From positions 133,866-197,865 of the forward strand of contig JALFCF010000003.1 of NCBI GenBank assembly GCA_022771205.1: a stretch of 64,000 bases of DNA, in the 5' to 3' direction. The notes under the pieces were generated by a model that was not told the DNA's origin, did no database searches, and was given only the letters and a program-made list of their open reading frames with translations. A program made the translations under genes and the position numbers. This DNA is from Mycoplasmatota bacterium. GTDB taxonomy: Bacteria; Bacillota_I; Bacilli_A; RF39; UBA660. Below are positions 20,403 to 34,055 of this stretch, piece by piece. Positions within the stretch are counted from its first letter, which is position 1; each line of letters begins with the position of its first letter.

Positions 20403-20945
20403 ATGGAAAGAAAAAGAACAAAAAAAGACATTGTTAGAATGTTACTTAGAAATAATGAATTAGAAGAACAAGACGAAGAAGAACTACTAAATTTATTGAT
20501 TGATCAGCCAATCGCAATAGATGTAGATAAACAAGAAGAAGCAAAAATGACCAAAGGTGATAGATTTGCTGACAAATTAAGTGAAATTGCAGGAAGCTGG
20601 ACATTTATATTTTTATTTATTGCATTTTTACTAGGATGGATTATTTTAAACACTGTTGTATTAGTAGAAGGAGAAGCCATTGATCCATATCCATTTATTT
20701 TATTAAATCTTGTTTTATCATGTGTTGCAGCACTACAAGCGCCAATTATTATGATGAGTCAAAATCGTCAAGCAGAAAAAGATAGCTTACGTAACCAAAA
20801 TGACTACAGAACAGATTTAAAAAGCGAACTTATTCTTGAATCTTTACACGACCAAATGAATTTAATTCTTAAAAATCAACGTCAAATACTAAAACACATA
20901 AAAGAACAAGAGGAGAAAAAAGATGACTCTAAAAAAAATAGCTAA
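20403..20945 (+). CDS. DUF1003 membrane protein
   Basis: GSW.FI, DPYPFILLNL.LS..AALQAPIIMMSQNRQ signature. Confidence 0.88.
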   Translation: MERKRTKKDIVRMLLRNNELEEQDEEELLNLLIDQPIAIDVDKQEEAKMTKGDRFADKLSEIAGSWTFIFLFIAFLLGWIILNTVVLVEGEAIDPYPFILLNLVLSCVAALQAPIIMMSQNRQAEKDSLRNQNDYRTDLKSELILESLHDQMNLILKNQRQILKHIKEQEEKKDDSKKNS

Positions 20946-21495
20946 ATTCATGATATTGGTTGTAATCGGAATTAGCTTAGTTGGTTGTAGTGATAAGAAG
21001 AATACAACTACAACTCAAAATAATGAGACAACCAATTCCTCAATTGATACTGCTTCCTATGACAGAGGATATTTAGTAATCCCTGAAGAAGAAGTAAAAG
21101 ATATGGAGAAAATGACTTGTACTAGACAAGGAAATGGTGAAGATGACTCAAAAGTAAAATTAAACTATACTCTATATTACAAAGGAGAATATCTACAGAT
21201 TCTTCACTCAATAGAACAAGTAATTTCAAAAGACCAAGATATTCTAGACGAGTATCAACTTGCATATATTAATATATATAAAAATTATGAAAATCTAGAA
21301 TATTATGAAACAAGCGTAGTACGCGAAGAAGATAGTATCACAAATGATACAGTCATTAACTACAGCAAACTAGATACAGATAAGCTCCTTGAGATAGAAG
21401 GAGAAGAAGATAACATTATTAAAGATGGTAAAGTAAAACTAGACGACTGGTTAGAGTTTGCAGAAAAATTTGGAACAACATGTGATAAAAACTAG
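20923..21495 (+). CDS. Lipoprotein (YehR/DUF1307-like)
   Basis: LVGC lipobox; TC...G.TC pattern. Confidence 0.7.
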   Translation: MTLKKIAKFMILVVIGISLVGCSDKKNTTTTQNNETTNSSIDTASYDRGYLVIPEEEVKDMEKMTCTRQGNGEDDSKVKLNYTLYYKGEYLQILHSIEQVISKDQDILDEYQLAYINIYKNYENLEYYETSVVREEDSITNDTVINYSKLDTDKLLEIEGEEDNIIKDGKVKLDDWLEFAEKFGTTCDKN

Positions 21496-21558
21496 AATGC
21501 TAGTTTTTTATTGACCTATAAACAATATTATAATTATGAATACTACAGGAGGGATACT

Positions 21559-22455
21559 ATGAAATATAAAGAAATAATTATAGATATAATGAGATTAATA
21601 TATAATAATGATAATAGTAATAAAGAAGAAATAATTAAACAATTACAAAGAGATCTACCAGATGAAATAAGAAAAGAAGATCAAAAAAAACTAATCAAAG
21701 AATTAGAAAGAGAAGTAAAAGAATATGTTGCAAATGCCAGTGACTATAGGACTATGGGTATAAATTCAAGAATAAAATATCAAACAAATTTGCCAAAATC
21801 TATTTCTTATAGTGTTTTTACTAGCCTAAATGGCATAATTGATACGCGAGATGAATTATTACAAGACATAGTTAGAAAAATGCAAGCAGCAGCGGTTCAA
21901 AAAGAGTTAGATTTAATAAAAGTAATACGACATAACTACACAAAAAGTTACCCAATACCACACGAATTTACCAGTACTATGTTTCAACAAGAACTATTTT
22001 TAACAGGTTTAAAAGAGAGAATAAAAATATTAGATAGACTAGAAAAATCAAATATAGTAGCAGTCAACACTAAAAGGAAAATATCCTTTTCTCCAAAATC
22101 AAAAAGGCAAATACTAAAAACAGAAAAAGCAAGAAATGAGTATCTAACCGCTCAACTAGCATATCAAACAATCTGGACTACATATAATGAAGCAATGTTA
22201 CAAAATGAATTGATGTATGCTAAAGGAATGCCTGCACAAGTACCGCAGGAGGAAATAGTAAGACTTCAATATGAAACTGCTTATTCAAGATTAGAAGTAG
22301 AAAAACAAAGTATTAGTTTACAGTATATAACTGGCGATATAACAAGACAAGATTACATAGAACAAACCAGAAAAGCAAATCAAAAGCAACAAGAACTAAA
22401 TGTTGGTTATAATAATAAACACTTAGCAAAACAAAATAATAAAAAGCAAGTATAA
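21559..22455 (+). CDS. Hypothetical helical protein
   Basis: Long ORF; likely ATG at 21559 after GGAGG (ORF track starts at 21511). Confidence 0.65.
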   Translation: MKYKEIIIDIMRLIYNNDNSNKEEIIKQLQRDLPDEIRKEDQKKLIKELEREVKEYVANASDYRTMGINSRIKYQTNLPKSISYSVFTSLNGIIDTRDELLQDIVRKMQAAAVQKELDLIKVIRHNYTKSYPIPHEFTSTMFQQELFLTGLKERIKILDRLEKSNIVAVNTKRKISFSPKSKRQILKTEKARNEYLTAQLAYQTIWTTYNEAMLQNELMYAKGMPAQVPQEEIVRLQYETAYSRLEVEKQSISLQYITGDITRQDYIEQTRKANQKQQELNVGYNNKHLAKQNNKKQV

Positions 22456-22468
22456 TTCTTGTTTTTTA
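22441..22468 (+). terminator. Rho-independent terminator
   Basis: AAAAAGCAAG...CTTGTTTTTT. Confidence 0.6.
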
Positions 22469-22512
22469 TTATATTGCTAAACAGAAAAAAACAATATATA
22501 ATAAAAATAGTT

Positions 22513-22587
22513 GTTCGAGTAGTTTAATGGATAAAATTTCTCCCTCCGACGGAGACGATATGGGTTCGATTCCCATCTTGAACACCA
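22513..22587 (+). tRNA. tRNA-Arg(CCG)
   Basis: Cloverleaf: acceptor GTTCGAG/CTTGAAC, anticodon stem TCTCC/GGAGA with loop CTCCGAC, T-loop TTCGATT, encoded CCA. Confidence 0.9.
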
Positions 22588-22630
22588 TCTATATTGAATG
22601 CATAAAATATATATGATAAAATAAATACAT

Positions 22631-22704
22631 GCCGATATAGTTTAGTGGTAAAACAGATCCTTGGTAAGGATCAGCGGACAGTTCAATTCTGTCTTTCGGC
22701 ACCA
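22631..22704 (+). tRNA. tRNA-Thr(GGT); integration target
   Basis: Acceptor GCCGATA/TTTCGGC, anticodon stem GATCC/GGATC with loop TTGGTAA, encoded CCA. Confidence 0.9.
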
Positions 22705-22727
22705 TAGGGAAATCCGCTCGAACTTTT
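22699..22727 (+). repeat. att junction copy 1 (GCACCA-N6-AATCY-N4-GAACTTTT)
   Basis: Same spacing at 31188 and 37136; GAAC always starts 21 nt after the G of GCACCA. Confidence 0.75.
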
Positions 22728-22751
22728 TATAAGTTGCGAGAATAAATAGAC

Positions 22752-22781
22752 AATCAATTCTAAATTAGGATTGATTTTTTT
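22752..22781 (+). terminator. Terminator after tRNA/att
   Basis: AATCAATTC...GGATTGATT + T-run; homologous copy at 37189-37218. Confidence 0.75.
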
Positions 22782-22813
22782 CTTGTTTAGAAAAAAGTCT
22801 TTCAAAGAAAGGA

Positions 22814-23095
22814 TTGATTAAAATGGTAAATGTTATCAAACAAGAAGTTAGAATGGAAGAATCATTAAGAAAGAGATTAGAATTTATTTGTGAGTTTTGT
22901 AGAGTTAAACCAATTATTATTAATGGTAATTTAAGAACGATAGTTAAAACAAATCTTACTTATCTAGAACCACATAGAATAATAATTAATGATATAACAT
23001 TTCTAGCTTTTAATTATTCTAATGAAATATTTATTGAAAACTTAAATAATAAGATTAAATTATCTGAATTAGAAAAATATTTAAAACATAACTAA
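22814..23095 (+). CDS. Conserved small CxxC protein of element 1
   Basis: Clear paralog of 31302..31577 (EFIC.FC, P.IINGN.R, EPHRIII, ITFLAFNYSNEIFIENL). Confidence 0.8.
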   Translation: MIKMVNVIKQEVRMEESLRKRLEFICEFCRVKPIIINGNLRTIVKTNLTYLEPHRIIINDITFLAFNYSNEIFIENLNNKIKLSELEKYLKHN

Positions 23096-23201
23096 TATCT
23101 ATACCCTAATTAGGTAATTGACAAAATGAACTTTTAAGTATATTATATAAAACCAATAAATGACAAGCAGTATCCGTCTTTTATTAAAAAGGAGGTACAC
23201 T

Positions 23202-23293
23202 ATGGTCAAAAACACAATTAATAAAAAATATAATATTAAATTAAGTGGAGTCAAAGGTATTAGTTTGAACTAGTATTTTTGACTCCCTTTTTT
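23202..23293 (+). promoter_or_regulatory. Leader uORF (23 aa) overlapping a terminator upstream of the recombinase
   Basis: AAGGAGGT RBS, MVKNTINKKYNIKLSGVKGISLN*; stem GGAGTCAAA/TTTGACTCC + T-run. Confidence 0.55.
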
Positions 23294-23310
23294 GTAGGAA
23301 AAGGAGTTGA

Positions 23311-25170
<1,860 letters not shown>

Positions 25171-25179
25171 AATGCGTGG

Positions 25180-25397
25180 CACGTTTTGTTTACGCAGTAA
25201 ATGAAAGTGGCGATAGCAATTTAAAAAATAATACTTTATGTAGTTTTAACCACTACGAAGTTTATAGTTATTACGAAATAAAGTAAACGGATTCTAAGGT
25301 GTTAAACCTTAGCCCACTGGATATTTTGTATGGAACGTACAAAATTCCTAGGGGGTTAGAAATTTTGGATGACCAAAATGACCACTTGAGTGGTCAC
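25180..25397 (+). other. Conserved structured non-coding region (candidate oriT/ssDNA origin), element 1
   Basis: Series of hairpins conserved with compensatory changes relative to 33716-34026. Confidence 0.65.
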
Positions 25398-25417
25398 TTC
25401 TAGAAAGGAGAAAAACT

Positions 25418-26767
25418 ATGCCAGAACTTGCTTATTCATTACATTTAGGTAGTGATAAAAATAAGAAAAATATATCAAGAAAAAATGGTAAAAATAATTT
25501 AAGTGGAACAACTTCTTTACCAAATAATGCTATCCAAAATGTTAGACAATTATCAAAAGTAGATAAACATAATTATAGAAAATATGATAATGAGCAAGAA
25601 CTAATAGAAATAGTAAGGGGAACTTCTTCTCCACTTGATGATGTAAAAGAATTATATTTAAGTGAGTTTGAAGAAGCAAGATTGGAATATAATTCTAAAC
25701 AATCTAGACCTAGTAGAATGATAGATAATTATTTTGAAAATGTATCTAATAATGAGAAAAAAGATTTAGTATGTGAAATAATACTTGAACTTGGAGATAA
25801 AGAATACTGGGATACCAAAGATGAAAATTTTAAAAAGAAAATGTCAGAAGTCTATAAAAGACAGGTTGATGATTTAGAATTATTAGTTCCTAATTTTAAA
25901 GTAGCTAGTGCTATTATTCATTATGATGAAACAAGTCCACACTTGCATATTGTTGGAGTTCCGATTAAATATAAGAATAAAAATGGTATGGAAAAACAAG
26001 TTGGTAAATCAGATGTATTTACCAAAGAATCTTTAATAAGATTACAAGATAAAATGAGAACTTTATGCATTGAAGAATTTAATCAAGTATATAGTTTAGA
26101 ATCTACTTTAAAACAAAAGCAGAAAGGTAGAAATAGAGATATTCATGTATCCGATATGGATAACTATATTGAAATGAAAAAGCAAATTGAAAAGAATACC
26201 GAAAATTTAAAACAAGCAAATAAAAAATCTTTAGAGTTAAAACAAAACTCAAAAGATATAAAAGACAAAATTGATAAATTAAAAGTATCTAAGTTAAATA
26301 AAGATAATTATATTTTATCAAAAGAAGATAAAGATTCTTTTATCGACTTTATCGAACAAGTAGATAATACTAGTAAAGAATATGATAAGATACAAACTTT
26401 GTCTAATACTTTAGTTAATGCTAATGAACAATTAAAAGATAAGAATAATAAAATTAAAACTCTTACTGAAAATAACGAAGCACTTAATTTAAGAGTTAAG
26501 ACTTTAAATAATACGATTAAAGAGAAAGACAATGAAATATCTTTTTTAAAATCTAAAATTCACGATTTAAAAAACACTCTTGAATATTAGAAAGATAAGT
26601 TTGAAAAACTAATATCTTTCCTACATGATAAACTTCATAGTTGGTATGATAAAGATGATAAATATATTGATGTTGTTAATGAAATGTATGATGATAATGT
26701 ATTAGATGATGACGACATTGAAGAATTAGATTTAAGTAAAGAAAAAGAAGATGAAATAGAACGTTAA
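25418..26767 (+). pseudogene. MobV/Pre relaxase interrupted by an in-frame TAG at 26588
   Basis: HNYR and HYDETSPHLH motifs. The frame continues after the TAG (KDKFEKLISFLHDKL...EIER*) and matches the C-terminus of paralog 34056..35408. Confidence 0.8.
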
Positions 26768-26798
26768 TATCAAAATAATGGTATAATATATAAGAAAT

Positions 26799-28730
26799 GT
26801 GGTGATAAACTTGGAAAGAGTAAAATTTTATTCAAATACTGATATGACTAGTGGTTATAATTTTAGTCTAGCAATTGATGTCATAAAAAAAATAACAAAT
26901 AAGGAATATAGCATAAATGATATTTTGGAATTTTATAATATATTGAAATTTTTTAATAAAGAAATACTTGATTTTCAAACTGATGAAATAAGAACACTTT
27001 GTATTAATTCCGAAAAGAAATTAAACTCAATAATAGGAAAGTTTAGTTCTAATATAGATAATTCAAATATAGAAAAATATTTAAGTGAAGTTGAAATTAA
27101 TTATGTTGAAGATTTTTTTGAAATTTTGGATAAATATAAAGTATATAATGTAATTGATGATGATGTTTTTAAGTGTATATTAGAAAAAAAATCATCATAT
27201 CTTTATATGGCCCTTCATAATAAAAATTTAGTAGGAAATTATGATATGACTATTAAAGAGTGTTTATTAAAAGACAATAAAAGTGCTGAGTTGCTATTAG
27301 ATGAATATGAAGTTGAGCATATAGGCAATCATAAATGTAGATTTTTTCCAAAAAGTTTGACTAGTAGTGATAAAGAAAATATTCTTATTAATTATGTTAA
27401 TGGTGATTTTCCTAATTTGAATTATTTAAGAATTATTGTAAATTTACAATCAACAACTGAATTAAGTATTTCAGATAAAACTAAATTATTAGCTAAGCGA
27501 AAAGTTGAACAGCAAGAAAAAGATTTCTTTGATAATAACTCTGGAATGGAAATGGCAACAGTAGTTAAATTTAAGAAAGATTTAAAAAATGTTGTAGAAT
27601 TTAAATTAGATGGTCAAAATTGGGATTTTACTTATGATATAAATTGGATTATAGAAAACATCAAAGACTATAGTACATTGCTCAATAATTTTATATATTT
27701 ATTTGAATATGTTGATAGTCAAATGAGATGGACAATGGTAAGCAAATTAAGTTATATGGGAATTTTTGAAAGAAGTATTTTTATGCATTCGAAAAGAGAT
27801 TATTCAACAAGTGCTGCTTTTAGTAGATTAAATCAACTTGCTGATATACAAATGTGTGGGTATTACGCACAATTACGAAAACTTGGGGTTAGAGTTGAAG
27901 ATCTTATTTTATGGTTTTTTGGTACATATTTATTAAAGGAATTTGGTATTAAAAATTTTAATATAAATATGCCTTCTAAAGATTCTAATTATTTGGAAAA
28001 ATGTAGAACTTTATTACCTGAAATTGATAGTTGCTTAAAACAATATAATTATTATGTTGAAGATGGAAGTATAGATCCAGAATTAGTTCAAATTTCTTCA
28101 ACACATACTTTTTTCAAAGATGTAAAAAGCCTTTTGAAAAATAAATATGTTTATTCAAATGGGGATGAATGTGATTTGATTTCATACTATTTTTTCTCTG
28201 ATCAATGTATGTTAGCATATGTTGATAGAATTGGAGAAAGATATAGTTGCTTTTATGATTTGCTTCAAAATGAGGATGTAAGAAAAGAAGATATTATAAA
28301 ATATGAGCTTTCTTCTTTAAAAAAATTACTTGATGAAGATTATATATTTATAGATGGAAATGGATTTATCAGAATTAAAAATAAAATACAATTATCAATA
28401 TTAAATGATTTAAACAAAAATGATGTTATAAGCTACTGGAAGCTTAATGAAAATCAAAGAAAAGAAGTTGATAATCTAGTAAATAAGGGTTTATTAAAGT
28501 TTGATAGTTCATTATTTTCAGGACCAGAACAAGATTATTTAAATTATTGTTTAAATAAATCAGAATTTATAAATTCATTAGATTTAAGAAATATGTATGG
28601 TCATGGAACTCAGCCTTTTGGTGATGAGAATGTTCATTATAGTAATTACATAAGATTTTTAAAATTATTTATTTTAATAATTATAAAAATAAATGATGAA
28701 TTATGTATAAAAGATGATTTAAAAAAATAA
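26799..28730 (+). CDS. Cargo protein with C-terminal HEPN-like RxxxxH motif (candidate defence RNase)
   Basis: LDLRNMYGHG near the C-terminus followed by an amphipathic helix; mobile-element cargo position. Confidence 0.6.
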   Translation: MVINLERVKFYSNTDMTSGYNFSLAIDVIKKITNKEYSINDILEFYNILKFFNKEILDFQTDEIRTLCINSEKKLNSIIGKFSSNIDNSNIEKYLSEVEINYVEDFFEILDKYKVYNVIDDDVFKCILEKKSSYLYMALHNKNLVGNYDMTIKECLLKDNKSAELLLDEYEVEHIGNHKCRFFPKSLTSSDKENILINYVNGDFPNLNYLRIIVNLQSTTELSISDKTKLLAKRKVEQQEKDFFDNNSGMEMATVVKFKKDLKNVVEFKLDGQNWDFTYDINWIIENIKDYSTLLNNFIYLFEYVDSQMRWTMVSKLSYMGIFERSIFMHSKRDYSTSAAFSRLNQLADIQMCGYYAQLRKLGVRVEDLILWFFGTYLLKEFGIKNFNINMPSKDSNYLEKCRTLLPEIDSCLKQYNYYVEDGSIDPELVQISSTHTFFKDVKSLLKNKYVYSNGDECDLISYYFFSDQCMLAYVDRIGERYSCFYDLLQNEDVRKEDIIKYELSSLKKLLDEDYIFIDGNGFIRIKNKIQLSILNDLNKNDVISYWKLNENQRKEVDNLVNKGLLKFDSSLFSGPEQDYLNYCLNKSEFINSLDLRNMYGHGTQPFGDENVHYSNYIRFLKLFILIIIKINDELCIKDDLKK

Positions 28731-28772
28731 AAAATGTGGTAAAATATATAGCAAGGTTTTGGTGGTGTTATT

Positions 28773-31028
28773 ATGCAAGAAAGTAAGTATTTCTATAACG
28801 GCATACCTTTATCGAAGTATTGTAAAGATAATAATATTAATATAAGTACTATACGAACTAGAATATGGAAAAAGAAACAAAACAAAAAAAATGAGAATTA
28901 TACAGAACAACAAATTGTAGATATGGTTATAGAAGCTTATGGTAGTGCTATTAAATATATGTATAAGGGAATATCCTTAAGACAATATTGCTTAGATAAT
29001 GGTATTAATATAGGAACTATTAATTCTAGAATAAATAATTTAAGAAAGCAAAATGAAGAATTATCAAATGATGAATTAGTAATTTTAGCAATGGAAGAAT
29101 TCGATAATAAAAATTTTAGATTTTTTTATAAAGGTGTACCTTTAAAAGAATATTGTGAAAGTCATCCTGAAATAAATTATAATACCGTTAGAACATACAT
29201 AAATAGAGAAAAAGAAAAAAATCCAGAGTTATCTGATGAAGAATTAATTGAACAATATTTAGATAAAGAACACAAAGGGATTTATAAATACTATTATTTA
29301 GGAATACCACTAAAACAATATTGTGATGAAAACAATATAAATTATCGAAACATAATTACATATATGAGTAGATATAGAAATGATGATAACTTCAAAGGAT
29401 TAAGTGATGATGAATTTGCTGAAGCAATTATGAATCAATATCAACCATTTGAGCCTAAATATCTATATAAGGGATTAACTTTAAGAGAATATTGTATCCA
29501 AAATGATTTATCATATTATAGTGTAGTATCGTTTGTAAAAAGAAGATTAGCAAAAGATAGTACGAAGAATATTGATGATTTAATTGATGAAGGTATAAAA
29601 ACAATAAATAGGTATGGAATAATTTATTATTATAAAGGCATACCTTTAAAAGATTATGCCGAGCAAAATGATTTAAATGCAAGTTCAATTCGTTGTGCTA
29701 TTTTAAGAAAACAATTAAGAAGTAATAAACCACTACAAGAAATTATAGATGAGTGTGTTGAATCTTATCAAAAGTTTTCTATCAAATACTATTACAATGG
29801 AATACCGCTTTTAACATATTGTAATAGCATTGGTTTAAATTATAATACAGTAATTCAAAGATATCTTTATGACTATGTAGATAAAACTGACATTGATATA
29901 GACGAAGCAATAAAACAAATTGTAGATTATTATATTGAACATCCACCATTAAGAACTAAATATTATTTTAATGATCAATCATTAACAAAATTCTGTGATG
30001 TAAATGGATATCCATATTTAGCAATTTGGAGAAGAATTAAGACACTACAATCTAAAGATAATTCATTAGATAATGAACAAACTATAGAATCAGCAATAAA
30101 AAAATATGAAGATAAATTACAAATAGATAAAATCTGTGAAATATTTGATAAACTAAAAAGTAATAAGACACATGATATCAACGAAATAAGGGATATATGT
30201 GCTTTCTTGAAAATAGATTTTGTAAACGTAAGTGATTTAGTTAGTATGGACTTCTCATATAATCAGGCAATCAATATGATTTGGTATTTTTCCGATAAAA
30301 AAACTGATGATGATTTTAAAATGATTACTGATAATAGAATAAAAGATGTTTTTACTCTAATTGATAATTTAAGAAATTCTAAAAATGATATTGAACAATT
30401 TGAATTATATGATTTAATAGGAATATATAAAAGCGAGTTATATGATTCAAGAAATGAAATATTATTAAGACAAAGAAAATATATTTATAAAACACTGCAT
30501 TCATTATGTAATGCTTATGAAATTAAAGTTAATAATAGTAATTATGAAGATTTTGAAAGTGAAATTAAATATTATCTATTAATGGTAATAAATAGGACTA
30601 ATTTAAACATTTATGGACAAATGATTAAATATATGGATTTAACTGTAAAGGGTTATTTTAGAACTTATTTAAAAAAATATATGAAGCAAAATAGTAGTTT
30701 ATCATTAGATGATGCTAAATACTCTAGTGATAAAGGTACAAGAAAAGAAAAATCAAGAATTGATTATATTTCTGATCCTAACAATCCATATGAAAAAACT
30801 GAAAATACTTCATTTAGTTCAGATATGATGAAAGTATTATCATCATTATCTCCTGAAGATTTATCTCTTATTATGTTAAAATATCAAGAAAATTATAGTG
30901 ATGAAGATTTATCAAATCATTTCAATTTAACACTCGATGAAATAAAACAAAAAGAAATAGAAATCCTATCATTATTAAAAAATGATGATGGCGTTAAAGT
31001 ATTAAGAAAAACAAGAAAAGATAATTAA
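28773..31028 (+). CDS. Sigma-70-like protein with 8 N-terminal tandem HTH-like repeats
   Basis: 8 repeats of about 55 aa (KYxYKGIPLxxYC...INYxT). C-terminal region 2-like (SRNEIL...YEDFESE...YM...VKGYFRTYL), SLSLDD, and region 4-like (LSSLSPEDLSLIMLKY...S.E.LS...NLT...IKQ.E). Confidence 0.7.
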   Translation: MQESKYFYNGIPLSKYCKDNNINISTIRTRIWKKKQNKKNENYTEQQIVDMVIEAYGSAIKYMYKGISLRQYCLDNGINIGTINSRINNLRKQNEELSNDELVILAMEEFDNKNFRFFYKGVPLKEYCESHPEINYNTVRTYINREKEKNPELSDEELIEQYLDKEHKGIYKYYYLGIPLKQYCDENNINYRNIITYMSRYRNDDNFKGLSDDEFAEAIMNQYQPFEPKYLYKGLTLREYCIQNDLSYYSVVSFVKRRLAKDSTKNIDDLIDEGIKTINRYGIIYYYKGIPLKDYAEQNDLNASSIRCAILRKQLRSNKPLQEIIDECVESYQKFSIKYYYNGIPLLTYCNSIGLNYNTVIQRYLYDYVDKTDIDIDEAIKQIVDYYIEHPPLRTKYYFNDQSLTKFCDVNGYPYLAIWRRIKTLQSKDNSLDNEQTIESAIKKYEDKLQIDKICEIFDKLKSNKTHDINEIRDICAFLKIDFVNVSDLVSMDFSYNQAINMIWYFSDKKTDDDFKMITDNRIKDVFTLIDNLRNSKNDIEQFELYDLIGIYKSELYDSRNEILLRQRKYIYKTLHSLCNAYEIKVNNSNYEDFESEIKYYLLMVINRTNLNIYGQMIKYMDLTVKGYFRTYLKKYMKQNSSLSLDDAKYSSDKGTRKEKSRIDYISDPNNPYEKTENTSFSSDMMKVLSSLSPEDLSLIMLKYQENYSDEDLSNHFNLTLDEIKQKEIEILSLLKNDDGVKVLRKTRKDN

Positions 31029-31187
31029 TAAATTTTATGGAAAAGCGCCTATGAAACTTTAGAAGCCTTAGGTCTTTTTAATTTTTATCAAAATAATTTA
31101 TCAAATTAGTAAAACTCATGGTATAATATTTATAGAATTAAATTGTTTATTTATTTGTTGTGATGGTTTCGGTCTATCTTAACTATC

Positions 31188-31216
31188 GCACCAGTAAGCA
31201 ATCTGTCCGAACTTTT
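31188..31216 (+). repeat. att junction copy 2
   Basis: GCACCAgtaagcAATCTgtccGAACTTTT. Confidence 0.75.
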
Positions 31217-31301
31217 ATAGTTTAGGGCTTAAATATATAAGTATCAATTTCAAAAGAAGTTGGTACTTTTTTAGCGTTTAATAAAGAAAGGATTATTTGA
31301 A

Positions 31302-31577
31302 ATGGTAAATATTACAAAGGAAAAATTAGAAATTGATAACGAATTAAAGAAAAAGATAGAATTTATATGTAGTTTTTGTAATACTACTCCAACCATTATT
31401 AATGGTAATATTAGAAAAATTAATAAAACAAATTTAAACTACATTGAACCTCATAGAATAATTATTAAGGGTATTACATTTCTAGCATTTAATTATTCCA
31501 ATGAAATATTTATTGAAAACTTATCTAAAAACATTAAATTATCAGATTTAGAAGACTTTATAAAACAAATAAGCTAA
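31302..31577 (+). CDS. Conserved small CxxC protein of element 2
   Basis: Paralog of 22814..23095. Confidence 0.8.
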   Translation: MVNITKEKLEIDNELKKKIEFICSFCNTTPTIINGNIRKINKTNLNYIEPHRIIIKGITFLAFNYSNEIFIENLSKNIKLSDLEDFIKQIS

Positions 31578-31751
31578 ATTATATATATAAGTACCAACAC
31601 TAACTAAAATCGCCTTTAAATAGGCAAAAAATGGGAATTATGTCTTGACTTTAACTACAAACTCTTTATAATAGAAAACCAAGAAAAGAAGTTTTATGTT
31701 TTTGAGGGGTTAATATAAAACAAAGCATTTTAAACAACTGATAGATTTATT

Positions 31752-33685
<1,934 letters not shown>

Positions 33686-33715
33686 CTTTTTAGTAAAAAA
33701 GTTATAATAAACGAA

Positions 33716-34026
33716 CACGTTTTGTTGAACTTCGTTCAATGAAAGTGGGAAAAGTTTGTTACTAAAATTATGAGAACTTTTACTTAACATTGTTTGTAAA
33801 AGTACGAATGATTTTTGGGAGATAAAATAATAAGTGGTACTTGTTATTTTATCAGAAGTCTTGTGTAGCTTTATTTCATTACGAAGTTTTGAAATATTAC
33901 GAAATAAGACAGGTGGATTCTAAGGTTGCCTAAACCTTAGCCCCCAGATTTTGATGCTTGCGTCAAAATCTATAGGGGGTTAGAGATTTTGACAAAGCAA
34001 AATTAACCCTACTATAAATAGTAGGA
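33716..34026 (+). other. Conserved structured non-coding region (candidate oriT/ssDNA origin), element 2
   Basis: Homologous hairpin series to 25180-25397. Confidence 0.65.
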
Positions 34027-34055
34027 CTCTTGTTTACAAAAGGGGAATATAAAAT

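Noticed and set aside
22513-22587. Arg codon reassignment (CGG or AGG), known in some uncultured Bacilli
   Set aside because: The CCG tRNA keeps Arg identity elements (A20, A73), and AGG encodes the conserved Arg of FLRYG in NadE. There are too few CGG codons to say more.
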